This document shows, piece after piece, positions 14,201 through 29,200 of a DNA stretch of 64,000 nucleotides. Every line of letters starts with the position of its first letter. Position 1 is the first letter of the stretch. The position numbers and the translations under genes were made by a program. The stretch comes from Phoronis australis (lineage: Eukaryota > Animalia > Phoronida), in assembly GCA_002633005.1 (NCBI GenBank), contig NMRA01000127.1, forward strand, positions 628,438 through 692,437, read 5' to 3'. The notes below the pieces were generated by a model that saw only the letters and a list, made by a program, of their open reading frames with translations, ran no database searches and had not been told where the DNA came from.

Positions 14201-17200
14201 TGTCCAGGTAAAAATCAATAGTATTGATGGTCTCCTTACCTGTGTTTGCCCAGTGAAGACGTTTAATCAGTTGCTCCACAGGTTACCCTGTGTGTACAAC
14301 GATCTTGGAAACTCTTGAAGGTAATGAGAATCCCGTTGTTATTATTAGTATTTTATTTTTAGTAGAAATGTTTAGGTTTTTTAAAAAATTGGATACTATA
14401 GAAAGGTGATTCGGTGTTGGCATATGATAGTAGGTGCAGTATAGTTTTTTTTCTGGCGCTGTTTGAATAATAGGCAACGTTTCGGTTGTAAGATGAAGGG
14501 AACAGGGTTACTAGATCAGTTGTATACCTGACTGTTTCATGTATTTGGTTACTGATACTCATTAAAGAGCAGGTGAGCAGGTCTGTCTCCTTCAGTGCTT
14601 AACTATAAGTTGGAACAGGTGTTGCTACGGTGATGTAGTCATTGTGTATTGTGCCATCCAGGTAAAATGGGATTTTATTGAACAAGTGATGAACGATTTT
14701 ACGGTATTCATCAGGTCTGTCTGTTATCTTGCCTGTGGATGGAAGCTTTAGTGAGCGATTATTGCTTGTACTGTATCATGCAGTGGAAACATTTTTGTGT
14801 TTTTCAGTTCTGAGCCAAGCATCTTGCAGTAATTGTACGATTGTCTGATTTGCAATTTAACTGTAGTAAATACACCAGGCGTGCGTTGTGTAGATGCGAG
14901 AACCTAGCAGAAACACAAGATCGCACTAAATTGTGTGAGATTTTGCCAAGTTTCAAAGGAAGCGTGTGATCTCATTAGGTTCCTTTGCGAGATTCTTTGT
15001 CTACAGAACTCGCCTAAATCAATGTGGTATTTGCATTGTGGTAGAAGAATAGACATTCTTAGTGTGAATTATTTTTGTTTTCTCATTATTTGTGGATTTT
15101 ACAGTTAATGTGTGTTCAAGGTGATCTTGCTCATGTGCATTCTTAAAATCTTAACAATTTTATGTTTCTATCGTATTAATGTTGACAAAATTAGTCTTGA
15201 TTTCATAAAACATCAGGCAGTAAAATATTATTATAAATTGTGCTCTTTGGGTTGATAGTATTAATGGTGTAGTCTTGGTTTGATGTACAATCTCATCATA
15301 AGCAAATTTCAGGAAGCACCAATCCATTGTTATGTAGCAGAGATTGTAGGTTGTCAGAAACACGTGTCTTCCCTATTTCTATGAGTAATGTCAATCCCCT
15401 GGTGACGTGACATGGAATTAGTAGGGTGTGTTTCATTCGCACACTTCGCTGTCTTATTTCACTGTTGGACACTCTCACTGGTCGCGTTATTGATTTTTTC
15501 TGAACTATGTCGCCTGCAAACAACTCTCCTTTCCCTCTAGCTATTTAGTAGGTATATAATCAATGTCATTGACTCTCTTACTTCAACCATCTGTTTGGTT
15601 TGCTTGCTTAAGGAATGTTGCCTATAATAGATTTTTCAACACTGCTAATGGTCTCGTGGCCACTTGTCAATATACGCATGTTTTTCTAGCGCCTTTGTGT
15701 TTTTCCACCCTATTGTCTACTGTTGATAATGTTATGCTAATGTTATGTTAATGTTATGCTAGTGTGCCTGCCAGCTAGTTATTTTCTGGCCATGCATAGC
15801 TGACAGCTCTATTGTCATTTCACTCGTTTAAACAAAAATCTTAATGAAGTAGTCTGTGATATCTCTTTGTGAGGGACCCTTACTGTTAGAAGAAATTCTA
15901 TAAATACAATTTCGTTTGTGCAAGATATCATTTTCACGAGAAAAAACGAACTGAGTAGACGTTTGATGTTTATACTGACTCTGATACACTATAGAAGTGA
16001 AAACTGTTACTTAAACACTATAGGCATTAACTATCGCACATAACTATCCACCTTGGTGTTTGCCCTTTTCATCTTTTTGTCTTGCTTGCGTATAAGCCTG
16101 CCTATTTGGGTGTCGTTCATCTTAATCTCAGTCCTCACCAAATCAAACTGACCTTTTCTGCCATGTTGCTAGGGAGAGACTCAAAGCTGCATCGTAAAAC
16201 ATATCCCTACAGCATTAATCGCACACTTCTCAGGCGAAGCCGATTTATATTGTAGGCCGCCTCGTGCCAACTAACATTTCATGTAGTTCTCCATCATCTT
16301 CTGCACACACCGGTCATGGGCGCCGGAACCGGTCTATTGTTTTCCATAAAGTTTGTAAAAAAGGCATTTTGAGGCCTTTAGAATGCACAAAATGAGGGAA
16401 GCCCAGAGACCTCTACAGGAGAGAGTACCCATCCTTTAGCTTTCCCATGGCCAACTTTGTCATCCCTTTGCTGAACCACTGTGAAAAGTCTTCTGACACC
16501 ACTGCCCATGAACCACCCCACAGTAGGTGCAAATTTACAAGCTCATTGGCATATACCTGGTCGGATACAGTAATCTACCCTGAATTAATTGTCCTAAATA
16601 GCTACAATATCACTGCATATTAATGAAAAATATTTGCTGTGTGTTTTGCTTGGATTATGATAGCTGCTATCATTCTCGTTAGCCTACCACTAGGTGGCAT
16701 CACTAGTTGTAATGATAAAGCATGCCTGGTTTGATATGATTGTTAACTAAACTGTACAGAGTGTAAATATTTATTAACTCTTCTGCCTCATTGAATGTGT
16801 TGATAACAGCCATTTATCATGATCGCATTGTTTTATTACATAGCCTTAAATATTTAACAGGTGTTCAATTGATCAGGTTGGTCATGTCTGCGATACAAAT
16901 AAAATTCTGATTTTAATTTTGTTTCATTTTCAGTCAAGGATCAATAACCCTCCTATTGAAAAGCCGGGACAGTACAGCTCATAGTAAGTATATTCAAACA
17001 TAATCTCTAAGTGATGGGTGTGGTGTGTGCGTGTGCGTGTGTGTGCGCGTGTGCATGTGCGTGCGTGCGTGTTAGATGGGCTCTTACTTTAGTGGTATAA
17101 ATCTGTGTTAGTTGAGTAATTATTCAGCTATTTAGCACAAGAGATAGTGACGTGCAACACTTAAGTTTGTCAAATGTTTCTGACAAAAATAGATGTCAAG

Positions 17201-20200
17201 AGATTATAGTTTTTTTAAGCCTGTGGAGGTATCATAAAACAACGTTTGGTCAAGTTAATATTTGAAGCAAGGTAATCGGACTTTGGAAAGTGTATAAAAA
17301 TGGCCATTTTGTCAATAATTTGTGTGCGATGTAAATGACGAATTGCTGTGTGTCTTATTGCAATGAATGAATCAAATGTCAAAATTTGCATTTGTTACTG
17401 TCCACCAGTTGGGTAAACAGTTTGACTAGGTGGTTCTGTTTTTAATTTATGTTGAAATTAAAGGTTATTGAAATTTTGTTAATGCCTGGTATTCTCAAAA
17501 TATCCGAAGTTTGGCATTGGAAAACCTAGAAGACCCGTGATTTCTGGAAGACTCATGTCACTGAAGTAAACAATGTAAAACATCATCTGTCATATAATGC
17601 TATTTGTAGAGGTTAAGCCTAGAGATGTCATGTCAGGGAACACTGTCATAAACATTTAATTTTAAAACAATCCACAAAATTGACAACCGCATTAAAAGCC
17701 ATCAGCGTTAATGAGGAAGGTGTCGTCCTGTTTCAATTTTTCTGTGCCTGGTCTAGTTGTGGTTGCCATGCCAACTCATAAACCCTTTCTTACATTGTGG
17801 ATACTGATCTCAAGCCCAATGTTGTTTCTGGTGAAAAATGATGAATTCTTTACTATTTGTATCGATCATATTTTTAACTTAGAAAATGGAGAAATTCTTT
17901 GACATGTTCACTAAATTGTGTTGCTGTGGTTACGTTTTGAAGATGTGATCGTGACACCTAAGCCAGTTATTTCAATAACCCTTACTATCAATCCCGCGAA
18001 TTGTTGTGTGTGCGAATCTTGCAGTTTTGCAAAAATGTTATGGGGGCATTTTCTAGACACAATGGAATAGGCACCTCCTGTTGGACTTCACTTAAACTGC
18101 ACATCCTATGCATTTGAAAATGGTGGCAGTATTGGTTTCAACTGAATTTAGTTGGAAATGTGAAACAACTTATGATGGAATCAAATGTTTTGGAAGGGCT
18201 GTGATTTTCGGGCCCTTTTTTAAATGCTCCATTGAGGTAATAGAAGTGCTGACGTAATGAAACTTTTATGATCCATTTTGTTGGGGTTTATGGCCCAGTT
18301 ATGATTTTGTTTTTTCAAAGAGCTTCACTGGAGGAACCCAGGGGGGCACTTGGGGGTGATTTTGTCATGACTAGATTGTCTATGAAATGGTACTCTTTTC
18401 ATTTAGGTTTCCTCCGAGGTTGAAATGAAAGGGTCCATTTTCGCAACTCAACCGAATGGTTTCTTGTTTTATTAAGCTAAGCTAAAGAACGCACTCTGAA
18501 TTTTTTTCATTTATTTTGAAGGCAATTTACCCCGATGTTCAGAAAAAATCTACCAATGGGTGACCTTTTGTAGAAAATCAACAAATTGATCCCTTAGTAT
18601 GCTCACTCTCTTAGGGTGAAGTTTCATCAAGCCAACTTTCTAAAAGTATAGCCACCCAGTTTCACAGCACTGCACCCCATCAAAAATATAGTGAAGTCGC
18701 TCTTGGGGATTTTAATGACACCACTTTACCATCTGTGAAGACAGATGTTTGCTTATCTACAGATCAATAAATAAGTTAAATAAAGACATTATGTTCTGAG
18801 AGTGATGCATGTTTTACACTTTTGAAATGTAGCTCAGCCAAAAAATACGGTGTTGACAAATATACCTTTTGCACCGAGGCTGGTCATTCTGAAACAGTAA
18901 ATTTTAAATTCAGAGGAAAAACAATTAAAAATGAGAATCTGTCTTGGTAGTATATACCACTAGATGGTGTCGAAGCAGGGAATAGAATTTGTCAAAGTAA
19001 AACAACCGCCTGCGGTGTTTATATTAATTGAGGAAAACACCACCCGAATCTGTGCTTGTTACTCCCATAATGCAGCTCTTCAAGTAGCTATGGAATCAGT
19101 TTTCAGCTGTGGATATTTTGCTGATATTAGTGTAGAGCCTGGTCTGAGTGACTTTTTTCGGAGCCAAGAAATTTAATCTAATTTGACTTAGGAACAATTT
19201 CTGCTAAGTGGTCCAAATCAAAAGTTTGCTTTTGTGACGAAAGATGTCTTTAATGTGGAGAGGTTGAAGCACTGTTTACATTCACTATAATTGGAAATTT
19301 GTTAGAAAAAGTTGACACTGGCTGGGTTGTTTTTGAATACATGTCCTTCACCTTGTTTAAAAATAATAGAGTGTCCTTGAAATCAAGCCACACTACAACT
19401 ATTCAGTGTTATATTGTTGGAATGTCAAGTGACATTTTGATATTTAGAGTGCTTCATCTATGACATGGCCTTAGTTGGTTAAAACTTTGTTTGTGTTTAG
19501 CCAAGTCTTGTTATTTTAATTTTGTCACTTTCACCTTTTGATTATGGTAAGATAATCTGCTGAGGTGAAATTGTAGCCAGTAAATTAAATATCAAGAGAG
19601 TTTTTCACAAATTTGGAAATCTGTTTAGTCAGTCATCAATTCCTAGAAGAAAGAGCCGGGCAGCTCTGCAACCTCGCAAAAACTATTTTACAGTAAGTTA
19701 TGTCTTAGAATTTTATGTTATTTCACCTGAATGAATGACAATGTCCTTTTATTTAGAAAGGGTCATTTACAGTTGCTTGGCAACCTTGCTAAATATGAAG
19801 ACCAGCATGTCAGGGTGTTAATATTTAATTCATATTGTTGTCTGGTGGTTGTGTCTAATTTGATACGTTATTTGAAGACATAAGACTGTCCTTAGTATGA
19901 AATGGCATTTTATATCTTTATATATCTTTATTCCAACAATTTCCGTATTGTATTATTGATTGAATAGCGTAATTAATTGCGCTCTGCAGTCTGCACACAC
20001 ACACAGATGTAACATCGTACCAAATTTTAGAATTCCATTGATCTCATTGCTGTGTCCATGCACAAGATTGTTAGAAGCTTTTTGATTGGCTGGAGGGTGA
20101 TTGATAACCTTGTTGGTGTGGTACAAGGAATCAGAGTTTGTTGTAGCTGTTGGCTTATTGACCGGCCTGTGGTTAGTGTGCTGATGTTAAGACAGTGGTC

Positions 20201-23200
20201 ACTTCATGCGGATATTACCGTCAATTAGATAACATGGGTGTTGAGAACACTGCGCCCTCAGAGGGCACGTGTATACCGTCAACCAATAGCATACCGCTGT
20301 CTTATTTCACCTCCAGTAAGCGCGGACTAATCAGGTAACGGCAACTTTCACTTCACGTGACCCTGCTCGTTTTCGTGTCGTCGCATAACGTTTGTTTCAT
20401 TTCAGTTTAATTGCAATGAATGTTTTGTGTCAATTTGTGGCCAGGATTTAGTGTGTGGTTTACTTTCTCAATGTTAATTTTGTAAACATAGTCTTGGCAA
20501 AGATATGGTAGTTACACTATTGTATCTTTGGCCCAGAGAAACCATTGAAGTGTATGAGAGACTACTAGAAAATTCACCTCACATCAAGTAAACTTTCAAA
20601 TTTTTCGTGACATTATTGGTCAGTTTTCAAGTCTAGTTTCAAGCAAGGCAGTGGTGTCAGGGCCCTGGTTTCTCTAACTTTTTATACTGCTCCTGATCCC
20701 AGCATTTTTGCAACTATAAGTGTCTGATATGCCGTTACTACACTGTTGGTATAAGTTGTAAAGATTTTGAAAAACAAAGAAACAATTCACCATTGTTTTC
20801 TTGTCAGTATTGGATGTTTCACCTACTTTGGGGGACACCTGTTGGGAAGTTTGGAGATGATAATTGCCAAGTCTTCATTTTTGGGATTTATCCAACCATT
20901 TGTGTCATAAGTTTGGTGACCTTTCACACACGATATCAGCTGTACTCTATAGTTGACCTTGTGTATACACACAGGATAATTGGTCTTAGATTACTATTAT
21001 GCGGGTAATCCAAAATCAGTGTATCACCTGTCTTAGTATTTCCCCGTTATGCAAGTGTGCGCATTAGAATCAGGGCTGCATTGGGTAGACACAAGAATTT
21101 CACACGTATAGCTAGTGTGATCACATGCTGTGCTTGTGATATCTCGCCGCATCTTGGGTAAGCTTACATTTTTGTGAGCTTGTTGGGTCTACTGAGCACA
21201 GAATAGGTAGCTATTATGACTGCCAAATTTTGACTTCTTTTATAATCCAGTCTGTGCAATGTTTGGCTATAAATAAAGCTTTATAGCGCTTCTGGGCTTG
21301 ATTAACATTTTAAAAATAATCTTAAAATTTTTCTAGATATGCCTACAGTTTCTTTAGAACAATTCCTTGAAAAAAGTTGAATTTGTAGTGTAATAATTAT
21401 GTACATGCTGTAGTTAAAATTGAGATGTTATAGGAATCGGTATTCGGTAAATTGGCATTTGAGACAGCATTGTTTGGTACGTAAATCTGTTGGTGGTTAA
21501 ACCTCTATATTTTCACCTGTCCTTAGCCCGTTTTCACCTGTGCACACTAATTTTCATACCTTTGATTCATTACCTTCTTTGATATTTTGACCTCTTACTA
21601 TCACCTACACTTTCCTAGGTTAAAATCATTCGTACAGTGCTGGTTTAATGTAAATTGACAAACGTTTGCTCAAATTGATTTTCGATGTGTAGCTAAACCC
21701 TAAAATTTGTGGCATTTGTCGTTGATTCAGAATTGTGTTTAACTTGGGTTTCTTTTTCTGTCATTCATTGATTGAAACACAATACTGGAACACCAGCAAT
21801 AATACCACCATGACAGTCAATTTCAGTATTGCATGCCAGTATGTGGTTGGAATAGCTGTTGTCCTTGCAGTTTTCCTTAGAAATTCACGCTTTCAATGTA
21901 TAAAAATTTTACCTGAGGCAGTCATTTATTGTGGGCTTCAGGACTGTATCAATCAAAAGCTCTTTTTCACTTATGGTAGGGACGTGACAAAAAATTTTTT
22001 TTTCAAAACTTACCATTAATTTTGATGTCATTAGAAAGCTCTCATCAAGAGCTTTCCAAAAATATCTTTTTTACATTTGTACCTAAAATACTTCCAGAGA
22101 TATTGCATTGTAACGATCGCTTTTGAAGCTACTAATTCTCCTATTGTTTTAGCCCAAAACATGACGCACTATATTAGTATTTTTTACAACATATAATCAT
22201 AACTTCGCCAGTTCTCAACCAATTTAAATGAAACTTTTTTTGTTTGAAAGATAATAATGTTTANCTTTTTCACTTATGGATTTTTAATGTGCCACTTATT
22301 TGATGTCTGTTTGGGAGATGAATGAAACTGGCAAGATATTAATGCATGATATGTTTCTAACTACTAACATACCATGCATTAAATTCTCATCAAGTTTAAG
22401 AAATATAATTGCCAGTAATATCATTTTTTACTTTTCAAGGGATTCCACATTGTCATGAATACCCACAATTCTTCAAAATGTCATGACAGTATAGCTGGGG
22501 CCCGAAACTTGAAAATGATGAAGCAATGAAACATCTGCTAGTTATCTTTTATGAAAGTAATGAGACAACGAAATTTCACTAAATTGCCTTCAAGTCATGT
22601 CAAATATTAGTGAGATTTTACCGAAATACTGTGGCTCTAGATCTTAATTCTGTTTCTCTAATTTTCTTCGACTTTGCGTAAAACATGAAGTCTTCAAGCA
22701 ACTCTGGCTTTCATCTACTCCTAATCCGTCATTCAGTTAATTCTTGTGCGTGTACGTAATTATTTCCATCATTCATTATTAACATTGGAGGAACTTAGCT
22801 ATAAATTACTGTACCTCTCATTTGTAGCTGATCATCCAGTGCTGTTATGTAATCCCACTGTGAATTGGTTGAATTAGTCATCCTAAGATACTATGACATT
22901 TTAATAAGCTCCTTTGTTTTTGAATCCCCGTTGTGCGCCTGACACGTGAATAGCCACTAAAGCAATCGTTGAAGACATTGTCCATGACATCCAGCCATTG
23001 GGCGTCTAGTTTTAATGAAGTCCGATCTCGTACTTACAATCGGAAACAACTTGTCACATGTACTTTGGATATTACGTGTCGCGTGAATTATTGGGGGACA
23101 CATTTATGCAATTTGTCAGATCAATTCTAAGTTTGCTACATAGTAATTAAATTTTACCCTGTTAATCCAATAGTCATTTCAAAGAGATGTAATCCTTTGA

Positions 23201-26200
23201 TAAAATAGATGAAAAACATGATCGTGATTAGGTCATTACTGGCATGATGGCTGAAATGAATACTGTAATTAATATAACTACCCCCATTGTATCTGTTTTT
23301 ACTCCAACACATAGTCACACCTTCTCTGGTAGAGGCCCAACTCGTTTATCTCTTATACCCTGTTCACTCCAAAACAGTTATATCTTATCTTTTTAAACTT
23401 ATTTAAAGGTTTGACGACAACTTTTCTAATATATAACAACATGTTTCAGCAGTAAAATATCCACCGTTGTCCAGCTTCATTCAGAGAATGGATGCTGTGA
23501 TAGGTACAGGTTTGATGCACAGAAATTCCAAAATGCGCCAAAATATCACAACAGGATTGCCTAGCAATCAGCCAATCACAACGCAAAGTAACAGTGTCAA
23601 TGACTCATGGGAAACCTGTGCATTCAGTGAGGGCGTTTCCCAGCACTAAATGTGAATGGCTTCACGCAGTTTCAAGTGATAGGTAAAGCTGAGTTCCCCA
23701 CCTGGAACCATCCTGGCATTGTCTGAATTAAGCTTGACAATGGCGGATATTTTACTGCCAAGACATGTTGCTACGTTTGAGAAAAGTTGTTGCCTTTATT
23801 CAAACTTTATTTGTGTTCTTCAGTACGAGATCCTTTGGTAAAATTATTTAAGGTTATAGCTCTTGGCCTGAACACTTTAAAATTGGTTTTAGTAAGTTTT
23901 TAATGTTGCACAGTTATAACTCACTGTGAGGGTATTTTAGTGAGTGGTTATAACTATTGTAACTCAGCATGATCACAGCAGTTACAAAGTTATAACTCAG
24001 TAGGTGGTGCTGCTGTCAAATCTCATTGGAAGCAGTGGCACTCTGAGGCACTAACTGGAGTAAATATGCAAGCAATAGCTTTAACGATTTCATGACAGTT
24101 ATAACTCTGGAAAGAGTTACAACTGGATTGAGTGGCTCTGAACACAACTTTAGTCCATGTCAAATTATACCGTAACCTTTTTCTATCACTCCACAGTAAG
24201 CAGGCTAGTGCAAAGGTGCTTTGGAATCCCTCTTTTGAAGATACTTCTTATATGTAAAACATGTCTTGTTCTCATTTGGGCATGATGGGTAGTTCCCTAA
24301 CTGAGAAAAATGAGTCCCTACATCAAGCAAGTGTCGAAAGAACTAACTAAAAGTAATTTGAAGGGGGGATTTTTTTGAAAACATCCATCATTTTCTTTCT
24401 TAAGACAGAATTTTTACTGAGAAGAATTTAAGATATCTTGATCTCATGGACTGCTATGTAAGATAAGAATTTGCTTACCGGTAAGTCAAATTTAACATGA
24501 ACTTAATACGATGCTTAACATAAGATGTTTCAGAACGGGTTTTAGTTTGATACTCATTAGATTGAACAAAACTGGCTCTCAAAATGCGGGACCCCTATAT
24601 GTGACTATTGTCAAGATCATTGCCTTGGAAAATAGTTCCTGACACCATAGGTTTAAATCCCTCGTAGCAGTACTTTCCTGACACAGTCACTTTTGTTATA
24701 TTCATTTTTTTCCGATAGATATAAACTTGGTGTATTAGCCAATTTTGTTAAATGTGATATACCGGGTATGGTCTTTTTAAAAAATGTACTACATACCAGG
24801 AAACCAAGTCATTATTTGTTTATTTTGTGTTTTACTCATTAAACCCTCTCAGGAGACTGATAACGTCGGACTTGCAGACAAACTGGATGTTGACTCTTAC
24901 ATACAGTTCGAGTCAAAGCTTTTTCTACAAGACTTTGTAATTACATTTGTTTTCTTTGCCACTCGTAATTGCTCTTTTCCGTATTAACCCACATTTCAGT
25001 CAGATTTACTTGTCTGTTGTATGATAAATTATGTCGTAGGTCAGTTTACTGTTGGGTCTCAATTCGTTGCACTCTCTCAGCATGAATTATTCAAGAAGCG
25101 CAATAGATGCTGATTCAGGTTTTGAATGTTTTTTGAAATGATATAATGCTGAAAATCATAGATTTCTTAGCCATGATTCGCTGTATGTATTTAAGATTTT
25201 TGTTTTTGGCTGAAACTGCAAGAAGTCTATATGCAATGGTTTAAAATGGCTATGAGCCTATCTTCCATCAGAAAAACAGCTTTTGATTTACACTATTTAC
25301 CAGTACCCTTATGAAATTGGTCTCAATTTGTTGCTGAGTCAAGTTGGAGGTGGTTTCAAGGCTTCAAAAGAACTGACAATTTGTTATTCTTTCAAACCTG
25401 GCTCATCACGTTGTGACCTGAAGTTTTATGATCTTGGTCTGAAAATTTAACAAACTGTCAGCTGTTTCCGTGGCCACAGATCGCTTCTAAAGTGAGTAAG
25501 GAACAATAGAAGACCAATTTTATAACGCCGGTAAGTGACTCAAATCCTAACTTGTTGAGGGAAGGCACTCATGGTTTCAGGATTGCCTGTTTGTTTTAGT
25601 ATTCTATTGCTTCATATCATATGCTCAATCCCTGCTCTTGAGGACGCGATGCTATTTTGTATAATTTTGTGACTAGTAGATTAGATCCCAGGGGTTATGT
25701 TAGACATCGTTTTCCTTTTTCGTCTCAACAAAATCAATGTTTTGGTTGCACTTTGGCTTGTTATGTTCAAATAGTTTTGTTTTTTGTTCTTTTCATTGCT
25801 TTTATATCAATGTCATCTTTAATATTCCTATTTGTGTCGTCTTTAGCAAACAACCTCAGTGCTTGACATTGTGTTCAATGCATGAAAACGCTTGATTCTT
25901 AAATCCTACAAAAGCAATAACTGTAGTCAAGTCGAACATTTTTAATATTATGAAACCTTACAGCATCGTCGTCAAACCTCGTTACAGCAAACCCTGTTTT
26001 AAAACATTCATTATTGGATACAAACCAATTTGAATATGGAACAGTTGGATTGGGAATATGAAGTGAAATGTTGTGTTTGATCAAATGGTATAAACTAAAC
26101 ATGTTGAGGCATGATTGGACTGTTCTTTCTCCAAAGAGTGCTGAGTTATGAAATAATCGTTCCTGATAAGTAAAACAACATAGTTAATTTAAATGCCCGT

Positions 26201-29200
26201 GATAAAGAGCACATTGCTGGAAATATGGGGAATGTTTTTATCTATTTTAGTATCAACGCTCATCGTTTTATTTTTACAGATTTTACTATTTTATATACTT
26301 CTTCATCGGTAACTGCATGTCATTCCAGCATGCATTTTATTTATTGGTTAAATTTTCTCATTTCTGCTGACAGTAACAAAGTAGGAATGAAAGCATTGGT
26401 TAATATGATTTTCACCTTTGAATTTCACTTTCAGCACACTTCCTGCACATTTGCGGAAAAAAGCCAACGCGGAGAAAGTGCCCATAACGAGACGCAGTCT
26501 TTCTCCAACAGAACAAAAGTCAACGTACCTTCACGTTCTCAAGGGCGGTGAAGTGCCAGTGTCAGGATTCAGGAAACCTGTTCCTGAGCCAACCACTCAC
26601 CATGCTGGTAAGGGAGTTGTGTAGCAGCGTATCAACCATTTTTGGAATAGTGAGCAGTCCAGGGGTTTTGGATTTTAAACCTGCATTTCGCCCTGTTTAG
26701 CTTGCTATAAAAACGAAAATCAACTCGAGGCCTTTTACTATCATCAAAATGGGAGCCTGCAAACTATACTCCTTACTATGATAGGATTCTATTTCCATTG
26801 CCAACAAGAACATCACAAAATCCCCTCCTCAAAGAAAACACTTCGGAAGTTTTTGGGGTTAGCCAGTCCTGAAATCGGAAATTTGGAATTGGCGTTTTTA
26901 CACGCAGCCTTGGCGACAATTCAAGATCGGATGGGTGAGTGATTAATATGTTTTAAACCCCAAAGCGCTTTGATTAAGAAATCAACTTTGTTAGCTAAAC
27001 AGTGACAAAATGACTCGTGTTGTGGCGGTGGTTCTAAAACTTTGTTTTGTCTGCATCCACTTGGAATGTAAGGAGATAGCTCATGGTGAATAAGAGTTAC
27101 AAGTTTTTAGTTCGGCACGTTATTTGTTGTTCACTATTGATCGAAAAATCTTAGTGATCCAAATTGCTTTGTGATTCTTAAATACTGATATGGAGTAAGG
27201 AATGTAGTTTGATTATGAAGTATTAAAGTAGTGAATCCTGTTTTAAATGTAAATAGTGCTGTACACGTATTGCAGTGTGAGAGTTTCGCCCTAAGTGTTG
27301 TTCAGCCTAGGTCTTGTTGGTTTTGTGCACTCTACTTTCTTAAAAGCTTAATATGTAATTGGTCGATTTTATCCTCGTTGACCAATGTTTTCGAACGTTA
27401 TGTGATTGGTGGATTATTAAGCTGCTGTAGATGTCATACAGTTTGATACATAACATAGTCCTTGGTCTTCGGCTTTCAAATGATGTCACTGTTGACATAG
27501 TTCGGGGTTAGGTGTCGCTAGGGGTTACCACACCGGCACGAGTGTCTTAGCATGTGTCTCTTCTTGTTCTTTTCAGCTGATTTCAGTTCAAGTATGTTGA
27601 TCGCATGTCCCTGCTCACCTATGACCTTGAGTAACATCATCAACGCATGATTTATAATATATCATTTTCACCTGATAATGTACTTGGTCGAATAATTATG
27701 TTTTCTGTAAAATTTTTATTCAGTTTCAGATTATTTCTCACTATCAATGTTTTCTGTTTCTTTTCTACTTTTGTAGAATTCTTTGTTGTTCTCTCTCTTC
27801 TCTCCTGTTCTTACCAATTCTGTTTCTCTGGCTTGTTGCATTTTGCTTTTCCCTCACGTGAAGTAAGAAATTTCAGGTCAAAAATCTTAAACAATTAGAT
27901 TCTAGTGTCTTAAATTGACTGTTGCAATTGTGCTGAATGACTTCATGTGCATTTTGCATACTAATTTGCATGTTTTGATTTTTACAGCCAATCACGAGGA
28001 CATTGCCTTACTGCATCAGTATAAAACATTACTCACCTGCCTACTGAACTCATCCGATCAAACATTTGATCAAAGCACACTTCAGGCTCTCTTCGTACCT
28101 CTTACAAGCCTTCTCAGGATCCCATCTGCTGTCAAAACACCCCAAAATACATACGCACACTCACATACAAAAGCACTGCATGGTGTTCGAATAGACGATC
28201 ATAAGTCACGACTGATCACCCCTCCAGAATTGTCAAGACGTGATGAGAGAACTAGTACTCTAAGTCGCTCGTCTAAAGAAACCTTTCCCTGTGGGAATCC
28301 TCTTGAAATAGTTCAAAACACTAAAATGTCCAGGAACACACAGCCATTATGCCCTGAAAGGAAAGAAAATAGCGTTCCCTTTTCGTTTACGAAGGCCATG
28401 GGTGTTGGGGAGGTTTCACCAGAGTTTTTAGCACCTGCAGGTGATGAATTTGGCAAATATCCAATTGGTCATTCCTCAGAGTATAATGAGAAAAGCAAAG
28501 TGCTCTCGTCTGACAATTTCGATGGTCCATCTTTTCTTACTTCTTCACTGGATCTTTCGACTTCTAAGTCCTTTTCTTACTCCAGACGTGAAACACCTCA
28601 AGAAGATATTCATGACAAAATTTCGATATTTGACACTGGTGATGGCGAATGTCCCGACTGGATGAACAATTTGACATCCAGTGCCAGACTGTCATGGAAC
28701 AGTAATAGTTTGCAGTTTGGAACTGTTAACAACTGCAACACAAATCTTGGCACTGGGTCTGTCTCTAGTCGCAGCCCTTTGGACAGTGAGTGTGGTGCAA
28801 AACGTTTGAAACAAAATGTTGTACAGGAAGCAAGCAGCACCATTATAAATCAGTGTGAAAGGTCATCTCTGGATAAGATGCCTATGCGGCCATCAAAAGA
28901 CGAATTGTCTACTGTACAATATGATTTGGTCACTTCTGATCCGGTTGAAAAAGAGTTCTTGCAGATGTCTGATGAGGCTGTTCTTGATCAGCTCAACAAA
29001 AATTTCCAGCAGAGGCGAAAGGCAAAATCGGAGTGCAGTGATCGCTCCTCAAAGCTTGATTCAAGCGCGTATCATATCTATGCTCAAGGCTTGCTCAGCT
29101 CTTCTGCTGGGAAATCAAAGAAGTTTACAAAAATTCAGAGTTGTTATGAGAATCTACAGAAAGTTGCCGATCTGGAACAGGAGGTTGAAATGGTGGAAAG

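Noticed and set aside
21985-22270. Palindrome gaaagctctcatcaagagctttc as a regulatory hairpin
   Set aside because: Looks like a common DNA-transposon internal motif next to an assembly N (22263). Boundaries cannot be defined.
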